Assembly (NCBI GenBank): GCA_003693705.1
Contig: RBZT01000690.1
Span: 1 to 45,922, forward strand
Length of the DNA stretch: 45,922 nt
Source of the DNA: Polymyxa betae A26-41
Lineage: Eukaryota > Protista > Endomyxa: Phytomyxea
Direction: 5' to 3'
The notes beneath the pieces were generated by a model, which did no database searches, had not been told where the DNA came from, and saw nothing but the letters and a program-made list of their open reading frames with translations. Positions 31,220 to 44,567 of this stretch are shown one piece after another. The position numbers and the translations under genes were made by a program. Position 1 is the first letter of the stretch; each line of letters begins with the position of its first letter.

Positions 31220-32218
31220 ATGCCTTGGAGCAGTCGCTCATCATCGTTTGTCAACCTTTTTAAACGTTCTTCGAAAAGTTTGCTGTTCTCACATAGAAGG
31301 TCGAAGACCTCGGATGTGAAGGATCATATTGAAAGCGATAAAATTGCTGACGAAGCATCATTTGACGAAAAATCTGAGGACCACATAGAACCAGCTGATC
31401 ACCCCGGCACTGCTGAACTTCAACCTCACCAACAGCCTGCAGAAGCGGTAGCAATTCCAGACACCGACGATTTTCCAGTTTGTAACGCCGCTCAGCAAGT
31501 AGTGATCGAATCTGCCGGATCCTCTCCGGTCGTACAGGATCCCCCGAAAGTTCTTCAACCAGAACATTGTCACATTCGTCACGAATCAAACACTGATTTG
31601 GTCCAGAAAGAAAAGAAAGTGCTGAGACCACATCGGTCGCGATATATCGATTCCGTTGATGCTCAAGAGAGCATGTCTGGTCCGATTACGAAGCGCAGCG
31701 AGTTGCGAGCACAGCTGGATCTGGGACCAATACGCCATCAGCCTAACCGAGTTAGGGACAATGACCGAATGTACCGAGAATCGATGGCATATCTGGAGTT
31801 GAAACGAACTCGTTTAGCAGAATTACGACAACGACTGCATCAGCCTGAAGAAATCAAACATTATCCGAAAGTTGCCGATCTGCTATCTGTTTGGCAGCGT
31901 CAGAAGGCGATTCTGCAAAACCGCTTACAGCGTGAAATGCAATCCAGAATGAATGCAAACGAACCCAAGGTCATCGAGCAGAATCCCGAGGCTTTATATC
32001 AGCGAACGCAAGCCTGGCGTTGCGAAGCCGAATTGAGGTGTGCCTGTGCTACAGTAGATCGCGATCTGCAACAGATGATCGATTGTGGGTTTTTAGCAAG
32101 GACTTCGGCATCGTTATCGTTTCATGACTGGAAAACTCATACCGAGTTTCGCTTTCGGAAATACTTTTATGATGAAATCCAGAATGACATCACGCAGCTT
32201 TGGATGCTTTTAAGATGA
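31220..32218 (+). CDS. Hypothetical coiled-coil protein
   Basis: ~330-aa intronless ORF with a disordered N-terminus and a helical C-terminus. Confidence 0.7.
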   Translation: MPWSSRSSSFVNLFKRSSKSLLFSHRRSKTSDVKDHIESDKIADEASFDEKSEDHIEPADHPGTAELQPHQQPAEAVAIPDTDDFPVCNAAQQVVIESAGSSPVVQDPPKVLQPEHCHIRHESNTDLVQKEKKVLRPHRSRYIDSVDAQESMSGPITKRSELRAQLDLGPIRHQPNRVRDNDRMYRESMAYLELKRTRLAELRQRLHQPEEIKHYPKVADLLSVWQRQKAILQNRLQREMQSRMNANEPKVIEQNPEALYQRTQAWRCEAELRCACATVDRDLQQMIDCGFLARTSASLSFHDWKTHTEFRFRKYFYDEIQNDITQLWMLLR

Positions 32219-32304
32219 CAAACAATGCTTGTTGCATTATCAGTGCCCTTTAAGGCTTCTCCAATAAGCTTCGTGTTTGTGATTAGCGTCCGAAAAACAT
32301 AAGT

Positions 32305-33093
32305 TTAGTGGTCATTATTCTTAACAGTTGGGAGGATGAAATTGCTCAGAGACACCCCGTCATCAGAATCGAATTCGCATTTCGCGATAGGATCCCTGGA
32401 ACAGTCCCAAATTCTGACGAGATCGTCATCGATTTGTTCCTGCCGACATCGTAATAGTTTACAGAAGAGGTCGTGACTCGGCTTTCGGTAGGCTCGTTTG
32501 ATTCGTTCCAGATATTGGCGCCTGCAGCGGTTAATTAACGGGAGCATTAAACAAGCTTGAACGTAAGGCAGTTTGCTGACGAAGTTGAAGATTTGAATAA
32601 AGTTGCAGTCGACGATCGCCGAAATCAGCGACGCATATTGTTTACGAACGATTAACTCGCCTTGCGATATTCTCCAAAGATATTCGTATTCAGAATTTGA
32701 ATCCCGGCTTACGCAATCTGCCAGCATCTCGTCGTTTAAAACAATATCAAACTTGTCATCGCTAGCAAGCAAATCTCGAGCGATCGCATGGAAGCGAATC
32801 TGTGGCTCAATCAGAGCGAAATCGTTGAGATTCTGAATAGTCATCTCCTGTCGTATCTGCCTGAGACGATCAGTAATGTAATCGTATCTGTATCGCAGAG
32901 ACAGGCTTGATAATCTCAAGACGCATTCTATCAGATGAAGAACAGCCGATTGCAACTCAGATGGCGACCGAACCGTCTGCAGGTGCTGACGCCCGGCCGC
33001 AGAACGACGGTAGGCTGGCATCTGAAAGTGAGCTTGATGGTCGCAGGTGTAGTCATGGGTCTCGCTTAGCCGGGTCGCCTCGGCAGACGACAT
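32305..33093 (-). CDS. SAC3/GANP-domain protein (short, SAC3D1-like)
   Basis: AYRRSAAG....VRSPSELQSAVLHL...RYDYITDRLRQIRQEMTIQN..IEPQIRFH signature. Confidence 0.85.
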   Translation of the reverse strand: MSSAEATRLSETHDYTCDHQAHFQMPAYRRSAAGRQHLQTVRSPSELQSAVLHLIECVLRLSSLSLRYRYDYITDRLRQIRQEMTIQNLNDFALIEPQIRFHAIARDLLASDDKFDIVLNDEMLADCVSRDSNSEYEYLWRISQGELIVRKQYASLISAIVDCNFIQIFNFVSKLPYVQACLMLPLINRCRRQYLERIKRAYRKPSHDLFCKLLRCRQEQIDDDLVRIWDCSRDPIAKCEFDSDDGVSLSNFILPTVKNNDH

Positions 33094-33193
33094 CGCTTAC
33101 TCTCACGGATGTCATTTGCTTTGTGAGAGCCTGAAATCCGACACCCTACTAAAAATAGAATTCCTATTTCTGTTTGACAGTGATTTTATACAA

Positions 33194-36100
33194 TTATTGA
33201 TGATTACTGGGTTTGCCGAATAATAGGTACCTCTTGTTGGGGTCCTTAACTTCATCGGCTTGGTCGTTATTATGATTATCAGCACTATCACCTGAAATTG
33301 ATTTGAACTTGTTGATGATGTCGCCCATAGCTGCTTTGCCTTTGGCGATCGGATGCGGAGATGGCTGGATTGGTATGGATCCCACAGGAAGATCAATGTC
33401 CAGGGCATTCAAGTCTGCAAACACATTTAGAATGATCTCGTGAACAATTCACGTTTCTAACCCTCATGGCTGCCATAACTGAACGATCCCAGCTCGGTGC
33501 TCGTCCCACCAAATTTATACTTTAAAAACGACGCTAGACCAGGGCCGGCCTGTTTTAATGCCGATTTGATAAGATCACGACGCAGGCGACGAGCAAATTT
33601 CGCCAGCGTCCAAGTTTTCTTCTGATAGATCATAGCGGGCATCCGAACCGAGACTCCTTGAAAATCAGCTACAATTTGGTTAAAATATTGCCCAAAAAAG
33701 ATAACAGATTCATACCCATTCCGCTTGAACCACTTCCTTTAAAGCTAATCGTAGCACGAACAGCTCCTATCCGTAAATAGGTGATGATAATGCTGTTCTG
33801 GCTTCTATCACAATACAGTCTCAAGTCTCGCAGATGGGCTGGCGTCGACTCATCTGCACCGCTTTCTTCTTGTGCTAGCTCCGGCGGCGGTGACGGAGGC
33901 TCAGAATGTTCGACTTCTGTTAAAATCCCAGAAACCTTAGGGACCAATCTAGCTCCGCGCTGCAGTATTCTTTGTTCACTTTTTGAAGTTCCTTGCTTGG
34001 TGATGAATTTGCTCAGATCGTCAACCAGCGTCTGTGTTATTCTTGTGACCAGATGCGCAACGTTCAGAACGCACGAGCAAATGACAACAATGCCTCCTAC
34101 GCGCTTGACTATGCATTGTAAAGTCATTACAGCACGGTTTTCAGCATTCTGATCAGGTAAGTTTGTCGCCAAGCCATTTGAACAGCAAATATAACCAGGA
34201 ATTAGGACATTTTTCCACTCTTCCATGTCACTTCGAGTGTCAACGACGCGAACATCACGAATCTCGAAGCATATTTTAAGAGATCCTTCTCCTTTGAATT
34301 CCACTTCAACCAATCCGGAACAAGCCGCGATTGTTATTCGAACAAATTCAATCCTGTTAACGAAGACCAGCGAAAGAGTAAAGGCTTCTAAGCGAAAATG
34401 AAAATCGAGCGGATTTGCTGAGAACATGGCAGATAAATGGGTGTGTAAGTCCACAGAGACAGACATAATGCTGTCAACAAACTGTTGTCGAAGACAGGCA
34501 ACATGAGCTGACAGAAGGGCAAGTTCTCCTGATCCAGATTTTCTTTCGATGTCTTCGATCGGATCCGAGGCGCAGTAAACCCCCATGAGCCATTCCAGAT
34601 GACGAATTTGCCAAAGAATGCGCTGATGATTGGTAATCCTCCCGTCGAAAGCCGAAACGCCGGCGAATGAGAATCGAACGAACTCAGTAGCCGATTGCAG
34701 AGGAGGTAGAGGCAGGTCGGCAAGCAGGACACGAGAAATAATGGATTCTAACAAAGCACATTGTAGATGGTCTAATGTGGCATTGATCGTAGGGAACAGC
34801 AAGAACACGTTGTGAGACGATGAAGAGAAGGGATAGAACATGGCACTTGCCTAGCAGATTATTAGAATAGATTGTTGTGTGAACTTACAAACTAACTTGA
34901 ATTGGAAAAGGATCGACAATAGCCTTCATTACAGACTGGTTCAAGCACTCTTTGAAATCAAACCACATGGGCTTGGCATCCACATCAATATCAGTTGGTG
35001 CCAAACGAATGGTTAAATTGTCAATCAATAACCGGATATCTACTCGTTCGGTTTCTTGCTTAGAGCCATCATTGTCAAAAGATCTTGCAGTAATCAGGCA
35101 TGAGTGCATACATGCCAGAACAATACCACAGGCACTTTCCACCGGAGACTCAAGAGCAATCTGACCATTTGAAATTTCTGATAACAGCTATCAGTCCATA
35201 ATCATTGCTAACCAATTGCATGAATACCAATTGAGACGATATCAAGAAGATCAACCGGATTAATGCTGTCACATTCGGGTCCATCGGCAATTATTGTTGG
35301 TGTTTGTGAAATTAGCTCAACATTCTCGTCTTCAGTTTGATTGAAATCGACAAGAATGCCTTCATTTGGATCGGCTTCGTCATCATCACTAATTTCATCT
35401 GGAGAAAATACAAGTTCGTCTGGTTTGTCTTCAGGTATGTTTGTGGCATCCACTGCAGGACCCGAACGCAATCGGAAATAGTACTCAAAATACAGCATGT
35501 ACGACCGAAATAATTGGACTGGAATAGCATTCAGTCTGCAGCTATGGGCAAAAGTCTGTGAATTACCTATTGCGTTCCTAGACTCCAATGTCATCCTAGC
35601 TCTGGGATGGACAATTTTCACAGAGAATAGATATGGCGAATCTGATAGCAAATCGTCTGCATTTTCTCTGGGTGAGTGTCTCTTAGGTGAGGATGACGGA
35701 ATATTTGCTCCTGCATGCGAGACAGCAGTGGGAGATGGCTGAGTCCCAATCGAAAAGAAGGTTAGCAAAGAAACCACTCTTGTAACTTGCATAGAAACGT
35801 CCGGTTGTGAAGATTCGGACACCGACTTCTTCGACGGCGAATGCAACGGAGACCCCGACCGGAAAATAAGCGTGCTGCAGGATTTTTGTGCAATCTGGCA
35901 GGAGTCTACTAAGAAAAGTAAACCATTCTGTCTTCGGTTGCGCTTTTCTTCAATGTTTGTCCGAATTTTTTTATCGATGGAGTCGATCAGGCGACGAACC
36001 CTAAACCACCTCCTTCGTCGAACATTGTCCGTCCAATGGCGCTTGGCAGTGTACGTTCGAGGAAAATCATGGGCGTATTCCCAGCCATCAGGATCAACTT

Positions 36101-39100
36101 TGCCTTTACCACACAGCTGCCCACGATCGATAACCCAGTCAGATTTCCAGTGCCAGTGCTCACTGGGCAAATTGAACAGAGGACTGTCTCGACGTAGCTC
36201 CTGAGTGCCATCAATATCAGACCAGCTTGGTCGGTCTGTAGGCAACAACCAGCTAAGCCACCCTTGCCCGAGTATAAACCGTTGATTTTCATAAGTATGA
36301 ACGACAACCACAGTGCCGTTGCGAATTTCGTGAGCAAGTTCGTGGCCAGTTTCTAAAAGTAATATCACAAAGGGAAGAAACAAAACGTACAAGCAAATAC
36401 TTACCACATTTGCGCCAGAAAGCTTCGTTGGCGATTAACGAAGCGTTTAAGCCCGATACGGAGATATACAAGTTGTGAATGGCACAAAGATCCACGTCAA
36501 ACTTGGACTTAATTTCCGACAGCTGAAATCGAAGACCTTGCCCTGGGTCGTCGTTACTGGCCGCATCGAGCAGTGTAAACGAGCAGTTCAATACTGATAA
36601 CAGAGAGCAGCTGAATTGTAAAGCAGATATGTCTGGCATAGAGATGGCTGGCATACGGCGACATAAAGGAAGGAGGAAGGGAAGGTTTTGGGTGTTTAAC
36701 GTCATCTTGGTCTGATGCTTTCCTGAACCAACTAGTAATTTCATAGTCACAGCAACACGTGATGTTCGGAAGGCTTCGAAGGGATCTTCGCCAGCTACAG
36801 TCTGTTCCGTAATACATCTTGCCGTACAAGGGACGCCGCTTGCCGCAATAAAACATATACTAGCAGAGCAGTCGACTTTGAAACATTGCAGTAAAGTCCC
36901 AGTCTCGTAAAGTTCAACAGAAGTATGTTGCTCGGATGGATCCGGTTTGTGGACAGATTCATGAGACATGTGGACCTTCGTTTTCGAATCGTGTCTTTCA
37001 TCACTCAGCCCGATTGCGACTTCATCAATAAAAAGGTTAAAGGACTTCGATGACGGGTTTAGGGCGATCCTGAATTCGGAACCTTTGATGAGAAGCGATG
37101 GATGCGAAGGAGAATCGGTGCTCGTGCAAAACGCCATCTGCTGCAAGATACGGAGTGAGAAATTACTGATCACAACATTCTCCAATGATTGGATCTCGAA
37201 TACATAACGAATGATATCCACAACAGCGAGCGATCTGATAGTTGGATCGATAAAAGACGGTCGTAACTTCTGGCAAAGAATGGCTAAATCCTGCAATGTT
37301 GAGAGAAGGCTGCGTGACAACGTGACACAAGGATGTATAACATGCACGGAGTGAGCACGAATGGAAATTAGCGGTGGATACAGAGGCTGAGTGAAATTGA
37401 CATGATGACGTGGACTGAGATTTAAGTTGCAAGAGCGCCTTGGCCCGAAACTATCTTGTTGAATGGATATATCGGTAGTGCAATGAAAATTAGAAATATC
37501 AACAACAGAGGGGCAAAATTGCCTAATCGAAATCTACAGTGATAATAGTAAATGAAAGTCCAAAAAATATATGACTGTAATTTTACCTCCAAAGCCTCGG
37601 TGTGGAGAGAACACATAGCGCTGATCAGGAGATTCTCATTGAATTCTTGATCGTCAAGCTGGGTCGCTATTTGCGTTTGGCATACTGTACACTATTCAGC
37701 TACAGTAGCGTTCAGCTGTTGGGAAAAATACCAAGCTCTGAAATAGACACAGATAGCAGTGATCCAAGACGAAGATTTCCTGGTCGATGGTCTACTGAAA
37801 TACAATCCAGAGGAGGAAATGACCATTTCTCCGCATGAGTTGCCTTTAAGCGAACGATACGATTCCGATATAGCTCAAAGTTCGATTCCGCGAGGCGCGA
37901 AGACATCAGAGAGATTTTGGCGTCGGAAAGCAGCTGACCAGTGCGTCGTTGATGCTCCCTTATTTTCAATCGCAACAGCTCCCTTCTGTCAAACGTAAGC
38001 GAGCCGCAAATGATAAAACGAGCACGATACCTGGAATCGGAACCCATGCGCTCATCAAGGCCAACAGGACGTACCTATGGGTAATTAAAAAAGGAGAATT
38101 ATAGAAAACCAATCATTCACTTGATGAATCCAGGAGTTCCAGCACGTATCGATTAGAGAAACTGTTAAATGACGACAGTGAAAGTTGACAACAGGCTTAA
38201 GGCGGAAATCAGGGGGATATCTGTATCCAGGACCATCGTCTTGGCGTGCAAGAGAGTCCAACGATGGTATTGAGCACAGAGCTTCAGCTAGCCCTCTTGT
38301 TTGATGCAGAATCGATAAAAGATGTATAGTATCATAAAGGGACGAATCGCTGCTGGGAACTCCAACACGGATGGAGGCAGCAGACATCCGGATTGGAGAG
38401 TACATCAACAGTTTAGCTGTCTGCTCGGTAAGGGCAGGATCACATCTCAGCTGGGATAGCGTAATATCTTGGCAATCGCAATCCCGAGATATGTCTAATG
38501 ACAGTAGATGAAGCAAGGGAAACGAATCGAGACATATCGCTAACCGCGATAACTACACAAGATGAGAGATTATCAACGGCAAACAGCAAAGCGACTTACA
38601 TGCCAATGCCAAGGCAAAAACTCTGACAGGAAGCGTTCGACGAACACAGTCACCGTCAGGCTGGAATCAATTGCTGCCGTTAAAAGGATATCGGAAACGC
38701 ACATCGATATGACTTGGAGCTTATCTACAAGATAAGGAGCACGGTCACGAAAAGCCCAGTCATAAAATGGTGATTCTCCAGAAGGCAATCCGCGAGCAAC
38801 CTAAGCGACCCACATTCAGTATTAGGCCTCAAGTCAATTATGCGAAGCATCCACCTGAGCCGGTTGAGGGGTCGGGAGCTGATCACAAGCAGAGAACAGT
38901 AAAGGATACAAATCTCGTTTACATCTGATAACAGCAGCAATGATCTCTTTGACGAGATACAGCAAATCGTACTGCATTGGCGGAGACCAATGCCCTATAA
39001 TCCATTAGTCAGACAACTTATGATGATGGTGATAACAGCTGTGATACCCCTTGCAGTATCACCGCTAATATCAATTGTCGGGTGAGGACAGGTGGATGTT

Positions 39101-40662
39101 GCCTAGAATTCATTTAAAGACCAGTTCTTACAAATGAAAGGTCAAATTGACCTGTTGTCCGCTTAGCTTGAAAAAAGAGAATGACAAGAATCGATTCGAA
39201 TCATAAATGCATTCGGGTTTCACCATAAGCATAATGAATTGTTGTTGGGAGGAAACCTCGACTTTGGCCGATTCGATCTTAACGTCAAACATTCTAGGCA
39301 TTGAAACCTGAATCGATCCGGTTCTCAGCTCAACATCTAGAGGAGCCGCGGCCGATGGGCTCTTTGGGACCAGGCTAGCAAATTCAAATGCTAGTTTGGT
39401 CAGCGGGAGAATAATCTTAACTAATTCTAAGTGTGCATTAATTGTGATATCACCAGCATCCAAAACCAATTTTGGAAGAGACGGTTTCGATGAAAATGAA
39501 GAAACTCGTAGAATGTCATGGCCATTGGTTTTTGAATGAATATTTCGAAAACAAACAGTAGCATCCGGTGAGCAAAAGACTTCTAGCTCTTCAATACAAG
39601 CCAGTACCAACGTCTGCTGAATTGCAGTCACTTGGATATCAGTCGAATACAGACACAGCTTGAATTCACGCTTTGGAAGAGTTACAACCGGCATAGAGCT
39701 TATGAATGGTTGTAAAGCTGAAATTATCCCGACAAGAGGGTCTAAGTGAAACCTGAATGCAAACAGCGATATGGAAACCGACGGGCTTTGCAATGGCATG
39801 TCCAAGTGGAACTCTCCAAGAAAACAGAAGGTTTTCTTTTCAGTACTTGCAGTAACAACATGAATGACAGCTTCGATAGCATTATCTCTTATGTTGACAG
39901 TAATCGCAGACAGTGCGACATTGACGCGTTGAATCAAATGCAGCTGAACATCAGAAAAAGAGGTCGATAAGCAGTTTCCAGCAGTCAACGGTAAAGATAT
40001 GTCAGCTTGCAATGTGCGAAGGGATACAGAAGAGTTGAATGCTTGACAGTACAGCGAACAGAGAGAAAACTTTCTACCGTTTTTGAAACAAATTTGCTGG
40101 ATCGATATTGATTGCAGATCCTGACGTCCACATATCGCCAAACAAGGCAGAACCTGAATGAGAAATACTAAGCAATAATCATATCCACTAATGGGTTTAC
40201 CTGCACCTCTATGCGATTGATCTCAATTTGGAGGAGCGACATTATCTTTACAGCAAACGCCAGCACATACGGCTGTTTTTCAAATAAGAGCGGGCTTACA
40301 CAGAACGTAATGAAAAGTACCAGAAGCGGCTTTGCAAATCCAGGTAAAGCTGGTTTATATCTCAGCTTTGGTACATCTTCAAAAAAATTCAAGCGCCCAC
40401 GAACGTTGAAAACAGAGATTTGCAATGGCCATAAATTAAGGGCGATAGTTTCAATACTCAGCAATGTCCATTGCTGTATAATGATTCTGATTCCATGCAG
40501 TTGCAAAGTCGTCAATGAAATCGCTGCAACAGTTAACTCTAACGGAGCTGGAAACGGTATGTAAGCAATAGCGCTAGAGATTAAAACACCCAGCCAGAGC
40601 GGTTTAGCCGCCGCCACGACCAGGAAACCGATAATGGCGGCTGCGACAAGAGCAGCGAACAT
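33194..40662 (-). CDS. Bridge-like lipid transfer protein of the BLTP2/Hobbit/FMP27/SABRE family with an internal DysF domain (multi-exon, ~7.5 kb)
   Basis: N-terminal hydrophobic anchor and beta-rich exons in one orientation. The C-terminus ITYLRIGAVRATISFKG...MPAMIYQKKTWTLAKFARRLRRDLIKSALKQAG matches the Hobbit/Apt1 C-terminal signature; it ends KRYLLFGK. Central exon boundaries are approximate. Confidence 0.75.
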
Positions 40663-42699
40663 AGCTCATCTGAATGTGAATATCATCATCTACCAGAGTT
40701 CAATTGAAATGTTTCTGTAAAGAGCTACCTAGGAGGGGATCGACCACTATGGACAAACTATGTCGCAGCCCTTTCAGTAACGTAACCAATAATCCGAACC
40801 GATCTCCTTTACTGTTGCGCACACAGAGAGCTCATTGTTCTTGTCGAATCTGCCAATCATTCAACTTCGAGATCTTTCTCTATCTGTTGTCGTCTTCCAG
40901 AAATCACCCGAGCCCACCTTGTTACGGTGGCACCATTTTGGACGCGGACGCTCGATTGATCCTGGGTTGATCGAGATCTTGGCTCCTTTACGCGATATTG
41001 ACCCTTAGCGCTCTGGCATTCATGGTCCCAGCCCATCACCGAGGCTGGTCGATGGATCCAAATACATCAGTGGAAAATTTGTAAATTGATCGAAATGTAT
41101 TTCTGAAACGGAACACGTCCCTATTTTTCACCAAAGATTGCAAAATTTAATAACACGGAACTGCACTGATATCTCATGGAGCTTGTATACAGCTACTTAA
41201 GCTTGATGGCTTCATACGCGAGATACGACGGTAAACGAGAACACAGAGTATGCCTGAGTCTGGTGACTGGGCTCGTTTTAACTCTGAGGTAGACGGTTAG
41301 GCGACGTAATCGCTAGTGAATCACGACACTTCGCCGTCGGGGTGCCACAGAGGAATAAGGATCCCCGTCCGAATGATACTTCCACTTCCAGTTGTGTTTC
41401 CCTTTCGCAGGCAACAGTCAAGTCGACGACCATTCAAGAATCTGGCTCTATACTGTAATCTCAGTAAAAAGAAGAGAGACGACGATGTACACCAAATAGA
41501 GCTTGAAGACACGGTCTTATCTGAAACTACATTTTTTTTAATTTTATTTTTTATTTCAAACACTAAACACACGTAACGATAGAGCACAAGGTACATAAAA
41601 TTTGCTGTAGAAGAGCTTCTTTAGCAGCTGTCTATGTATCCTGACGCTTCCTTATGTGTTTTTTTGTCTTTGAAGAAAATCCCCTTTAACAAAGATGTAG
41701 ATGAATTAGATCTCATAAAAGATATTGGCTATGATGGTTGTGTGTTGTTCTAAGAACGGAGGAGTCCATTAGAGTCAGAATTGAAGAATCTAGCTCCTGT
41801 AAGAAGTTAGAAATGGCGTCAAGAAATTTTGTGACGACCGTATCCTTGTCAGCTCAAAGTTTTTCGATTTTGATGTTAGTCTTGTCTACGATATTGTGCA
41901 GACAGAGCGACAGAAGCGGCGGCGCTTCGGTAGTTGGAATCCATCGGCATCAAAGGCAGTGGCGTCGGTCAAGCGGGGTTGATCGGGATTCGGGAACAGC
42001 AGAGCGGCGTGCAGCGGCCTCGCGGCGCATGACGTCGCGGTCACGGATGCTGGGGGCGGGAGCGCCCAGGGATCGCAGCGCCTTGGTTAGAAAACCTTGG
42101 AAGTTGGGTCTTGGACATTCCTGAATAATGCTCTGCAGGTACGATACGCAGGCCTGCCGTCTTAGTTGCGATTTCTTCGGGGTGAGGTTAGCTCCCAACC
42201 TGTCGGGCTTGAAGTGGGCCTGGTCATATTGACTGGGTCCGCCAACAGTAAATTTCGCGTTGGCTGAACGAAGACCACTGATCAGGCTTTGTCAGTCTCT
42301 AGCAGGCATACGTGAAGTACGCCGGACGGCAGGAAGGAAACCATCATCTTGGCGCTGCCTGCGCCCAGAGTCCCAGACCACATAATTTTGTTCACACAAT
42401 CTGCAACAAGTGAATAATTCAGCGCTGATTACGGGCAGAGAACGTTGTGCTGATGCACGTTACTGTCGTTCCCGGCGGTCGCTTTCGAACACCTCATCTG
42501 GTCAATGCGCGCTTACAGGCTCAGGTCGTCGTCGGTCGCGCTCTCATCTCGTGCGCCTTCGGCTCATCGCGAAGTCAAATCTCAAGCAGTCGTGAACGTT
42601 CTTCTTCTGATTCTGACTGTCTAGACACGACCCAACGAGCAGAACACAGCGGCCAAAGCTCCAGGACATCAAGCGATGCTGCCCGGTGACAGTTTCATG

Positions 42700-43140
42700 A
42701 ACGGAATGTTCCGTTGAACAATTATTCGTTCGAGATACCTTGCATTTTTGAAAAAGTGGATGGATTTCGGGCCAACTGGAACAGAATCAAAGAAGACAGG
42801 CAACGTAAAACCCGATCCTAACACCTTAGATGATCCTGTTCTGGTGGTCATCACAGCTTTCTTTGCCAAATCCCCAAGAACGGATCAGATCTTGGACAGT
42901 CCACTTATCACGTTGGCTAGCCTGCAACAGATGACGATATCGATAGCGAAGCAGATATTGACGGTGATGCTGACTTTCCAGATTTGAAGCGTCTCCAACG
43001 AAGCGCCCAGAATCAGAAGCGCCTCCAGAAAAGCGCCCACGCGCTGGAGTGTCCTCAACGGTTACTGATAATATTGGCGACAAAATGGAATCCGCTTTCG
43101 CCATGGTTTCCGAAAGCGTTTCCAGCATAGCGAAGGCTGT
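42700..43140 (+). pseudogene. Decayed Myb/SANT-like accessory ORF of a PIF/Harbinger element
   Basis: IRSRYLAFLKKW...ESKKTGN...VITAFF fragment lying convergent to the Harbinger transposase remnant. Confidence 0.4.
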
Positions 43141-43344
43141 TAGCGGTCAGGCTGCGGACGGTTTTTGAAAGCTTATATGCAAGAAAGTCGTGATGCTATA
43201 GTCTCTTTGAAGCAGTCCATTAATAATAGCACAAAGATCCAGTTGGCAATGCTCGAAGCTATTTAAAAGCTCGTTAATGGCGGTTCTTAATTGACGACAA
43301 ATAAACCTCAACAATGTCACGGCGCAGCTTGGCTCGTTCACAAT

Positions 43345-44382
43345 CTATAGCTTCAACCAGATCAGTTTGTGGTTGATTATTGCCCGGGGGGAGGGCGTCG
43401 TCATCAGCATCTTTCTCAGAAATAGGAGCATCATCGGATAATACAATGCAACGTTATGAACGATGAAACAGCCACGAATGATTCGCGCTTCTTGAGAACT
43501 GGCCGTTTTTTGCTTCCGCTCTGGGTGCCACCTGTTCTCAAGGTTGCCTTTCTGATTGAGAGCCGCTTTGAACCGTCGGAAACGATGGTTTAATATCCCA
43601 AAACGTTCTCCATAACTATTCGCGTACATGAATGCATGTAGCTGTATTATCGTTGATATCATAAGGAGTCCAACAACACTTTGTCAGGAGGCAACAACTG
43701 ATGGATTGATCTCCCAAAACTCAGAGCGATTGGAAACACCCTTATCGCTTTCGGTGCCCGGCCGCATGGCCTAGCTCTGCAAACGACGTTTTCATTCAAC
43801 AACACTCAACAACACCTTGTATATACGACGTTAATGCCAGGATAATGGCAAGTTATCCTTTCTTGCAATACCATCCCTCGTAATCATGCGGACGTTCAGT
43901 CTCGGTCAAGGTCCCGTCAACTGCCTGACAGGCGCCGGGTAAGCCTCAATTGCTCTCAAATCCCTGTGAAAGTTCTTGCCATTCTTCATGAGATGTTGGA
44001 AGGTAAAAATTAATCGAGGGCTTAATCTGTTAATTACGATGTCCATGACATCTTCGATATACCGCAAAGCAGAGGTTTGCCCATTCCGAGAACTTTGGCA
44101 TGACAGATTCCAGATCTTTTCAGGTACTGCTCGCAAACAACAACACGTTGGCTGACGAAATCTTTGCGAAATCCCATTCAATGTTCACCAGATTGACAAT
44201 CTCATAGAATGACCGCCACAAACAGCGGAATGTGTCATGAAACCAACCGTTAAAAATTCAGGACGTTGATCAACAGCAGCAAATTGATTTCGCCTAATGG
44301 CAAGTGTGATACGATGAGGTTTCTGGACATCTCGACGATTTAAATGACATGCGGCAATCATTCCAGCCGCTAAGGCCGTCAA
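43345..44382 (-). pseudogene. Decayed PIF/Harbinger (DDE_Tnp_4) transposase
   Basis: Fragments across frames: WFHDTFRCLRRSFYEIV, QTSALRYIEDVMDIVINRL, RPGTESDKGVSNRSEFW, ERFGILNHRFRRF, RIIRGCFIVHN. Many stops and frameshifts. Confidence 0.75.
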
Positions 44383-44567
44383 TCAAGCCTCCAGACCCCC
44401 AGTAACAGCAGCAGCAACCTTCGGATCAACGAAAAATTGCAGTTTTATTGCGTATTCTTGAAAAAATAGGCGTCTATTTCAGAAAGGACCCCACGGAGAT
44501 CGTATTCCGTAATAGAACTGGAAATAGACCAACTCAAAATCTGATTGGTGGAAGCATCAATTGCGCC

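Noticed and set aside
35997-37065. AACCCTAAACC and GGGTTTAGGG matches inside BLTP2-like exons
   Set aside because: These are single short matches explained by codons (WFRV, ALNP), so they are not counted as telomeric insertions.
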